Positions 51,554-64,000 of a stretch of 64,000 bases of DNA are shown here, piece after piece; positions within the stretch are counted from its first letter, which is position 1, and each line of letters opens with the position of its first letter. Made by a program: the position numbers and the translations under genes. Below the pieces are notes generated by a model, which was not told where the DNA came from, ran no database searches, and saw only the letters and a program-made list of their open reading frames with translations. The DNA is from Asterias rubens (taxonomy: Eukaryota), in the NCBI RefSeq assembly GCF_902459465.1, contig NC_047064.1, positions 22,010,001 to 22,074,000 of the forward strand, given 5' to 3'.

Positions 51554-51710
51554 GTGGGGATCCTTGCCATTAAGTGCTTTGTGGACAATGAGCATCAGCT
51601 TGAAGATGATTCGTTGAGAGATAGGGAGCCATTGTAGTTGTTTCAGAATGGGGGTGATGAAACACGATTTCTTAGACAGAGTCACAATGCGGGCAAGATT
51701 TGAGAGTCAA
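51554..51710 (-). mobile_element. Short L2-type LINE fragment
   Basis: - strand reads ARIVTLSKKSCFITPILKQLQWLPISQRIIFKLMLIVHKALNGKDP, homologous to the L2 ORF at 25166-26086. Confidence 0.75.
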
Positions 51711-52250
51711 ATAAAAGAAGACAGTGTAAAAGGTGTAGCTGAGGTTGTTGACTTCCAACTTAAGGTATTTTATTGTCATTAATAATTGTCCTGTTTGCCG
51801 AGCGATGGACACTATGTCAAGGGGTGTAGGGGGACCCCTGGGGTCAAATTAAGTAGAGAATAAAAGTTCAAGAGTCATTAATTTTAAGTATTTTTGAATA
51901 GCAATTTGCACTGTATACTACGGGATTGATAACCTTATTCGGCCATGGTTCTGCACACACACCTTGCGTCAGCAATTATGTAACCTTTCAAAGCCCAAAA
52001 ATATGTGGATAAGTCTGCTGTGTACTTTGTATTCACATGTAAATTAAATATCGATGGCCCGACCCCTTCCTGCGCACTCCTACGGATGTATGCTTTACTG
52101 GCTGACTGCACTGCAACGTTTTGGTGTGTAAACCTTGGCGGCTTATGTTGTAAAAAGGTTAAGCCAGTTTTGTAAGGAAACTATCACTGATCATACTATC
52201 ACCGACTAGCACTGAATCTGGCCCAGTTTGCAACCCTCAATATACTCAAT

Positions 52251-57888
<5,638 letters not shown>

Positions 57889-59111
57889 TTGCAGAAAAAC
57901 CTTGCGTGTTGACGTAAATCACGTTCTAAATATAGACCACCCTCTTGGACGTCAATAGGACGCCTATTTTGAACTTCATGATCATTTTACTTTCTGTCAA
58001 AAATAACGGGATTAGTTATAGGAGCCCAACCAACAATTGTTACAATATTTACAAATTGTTTTAATTTCTATCTTTAAGAGAGCAAACCTCTACTGAGTCA
58101 CATTTCACCCAATCCGGGTCCCAATGCCTTGACCAGTTTATGGTCAAAATTACACAGAATTTTTGTAATAATTGACCCCAAACTTACGCCGAATCCTAGT
58201 CAAATCTCATAATGAGCAGTTCCCATTTCTCACCCGGTGGGTGTTAAGGCAGTATAAGTAGGTTTAAAACAATCACTTATCACTCATACTTTCTAGAAAC
58301 AAATCACCACAAGTTGTGTCCTTTACTCATTATCAATCTTCCAATTTATATACCATTAAAGAAAATATAGTTAATAGAGAAGTACACTGTACATGTAAAG
58401 CATCGACTACTTTGGATTATTTCTTAAATATTTTAATAATTTACTGTTTTATTTCTGGCAAAAAAAGAAACCTTTAGCAAAACTTTTACCTTCACTTTTG
58501 TGCTATTTTTTAAATCTGTTTATAAACATTTGAACTTTAAATATGAACAATTTAGTTTTGATATTTTGTCCGTACAGTGAAAACAATGTTCATTGTTTTA
58601 TTTGTTGTGTGGTATTTAGCACTGTATAGTAATCAGTACTTGCCCGAGTTCTGTGAAAAATTAAAATGATTATGCATTTATAACTAAAATATCGAACAAA
58701 TATTGGGAATACTGGTAATTGACAATCAACAAAGGTGTTCAGTGCCTTTAAAGTGATCTAAATGGCGCAGCATCAATTCCAATCTGTTTAGTCAAGTACT
58801 GGTGCTATATTGACGTCTATTGTCAAGGAATAATTACAAAGCACCAAGGTCAGAATTGTCTGCTTTATTCCCAATTGGTTAAGCTGTAGCTTGGCCCACA
58901 CAATCAAATTAAAATTTCACAATAAATTGTCTTGGTCTTTCTTATGTTTGTGTAAAAACCCTCATGTTTTTGTTTAAGTTGTTGATGAGTTCGTACATGT
59001 TCATGAATTATGGGCAAACAAAAATATAGTCTTGTTCGTTATTCATTATTCAGAGCAATTATAAATCTAAAACATTTCGTGCTGAACCGAGAGGGTATGT
59101 TTTTCAACTAT

Positions 59112-59247
59112 GAATGCGTTTTGGCGACCCCAACCAGAAACATTGGTCATCGGTTGAGCGTTTTCGCGTGTTCGGTTGAGCGCGGTGACGACGCTGTTCA
59201 GACCAACCGGTAACCAACTTGTGGGTTGGGGGCGCTAAAACGCACTC
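59112..59247. mobile_element. MITE family H-related copy
   Basis: TIRs gaatgcgttttggcgaccccaacc / ggttgggggcgctaaaacgcactc. Confidence 0.7.
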
Positions 59248-59935
59248 TATATAAAGACTTTTGTGAATGCAAAGACACACGATAATTTCGCAACAACAAT
59301 TTTTGGAACATTTTACCGCGCTTCTAGTTCTACAATGCAGCTTATTAGTTTTACCTGTGATCTATAACTGGTGAAAAGGTCGCTTTAAAGAAGCCAAAAA
59401 AGTGGTCTACGAGGTCGTTTAGCTGGATAGTGTTTATACATGTATACAGCGTGCCACACATGGGGACAAAGGACAAACAGTGCCGAATGTTTCCTACCTT
59501 CGCACCTTTAGGGATTGCTTTTGAAAAAACATTTCAGGGTTGCTAAGCTACACAGAAATACAATAAAGAACTAAAGCACTTGCCAACTGCGTTAGCCACA
59601 TACACACATTTGTAGTGTATCAGCAACCCGCGTACTCTCATTACGTAATCTGTTAAAGCCAAAAATATGTGGATTAAGTTCGTCGTGTACTTTGTATTCT
59701 CATGTAAATCAGATATTGAGTACCCGACCCCACTCTGTGCACTCTTTTGTATGGTTTACAATGGATGTAGAATTAGGTTCTACTGGCTGACTGCACTGCT
59801 AAGTTTTCATGTGTAAACCTTGGTGGCTATTATAAGCAAAAGGTAGAGCCAGTTTTGTAAGGAAACGGTCACTGATCGTACTATCACCGACTAGCACTGA
59901 ATCTGGCCCAGTTTGCAACCCTCAATATACTCAAT

Positions 59936-64000
<4,065 letters not shown>

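Overview
Eukaryotic, AT-rich, intron-rich genomic DNA; the repeat landscape and gene content suggest a marine invertebrate deuterostome, probably an echinoderm such as a sea star (inference). The window holds a head-to-tail + strand array of six secreted carboxyl/cholinesterase-fold genes (five complete 9-exon models rebuilt by hand with GT-AG sites and open frames; the sixth runs off the window end). All five complete genes end in an AChE/BChE-like tryptophan amphiphilic tetramerisation (WAT) exon, and none of the six has the choline-binding omega-loop Trp. Gene 2 has an intact frame but all three catalytic residues are replaced (S>G, E>D, H>Y). Gene 6 differs from its near-twin gene 5 at two active-site positions known from insect organophosphate-resistance esterases. 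Between genes 4 and 5, on the - strand, lies a tandem pair of intronless signal peptide + C-type lectin + PAN/apple genes (one with a single nonsense codon) whose divergence is concentrated in the ligand-binding loop. Introns and spacers contain a young 5'-truncated L2-type LINE, tRNA-derived SINEs sharing its 3' tail, Penelope-like remnants with minimal hammerhead motifs, and several nested MITE families. Most ORF-track entries are exon fragments, antisense shadows or repeat-derived noise. Gene numbering (1-6) and MITE family letters are mine.
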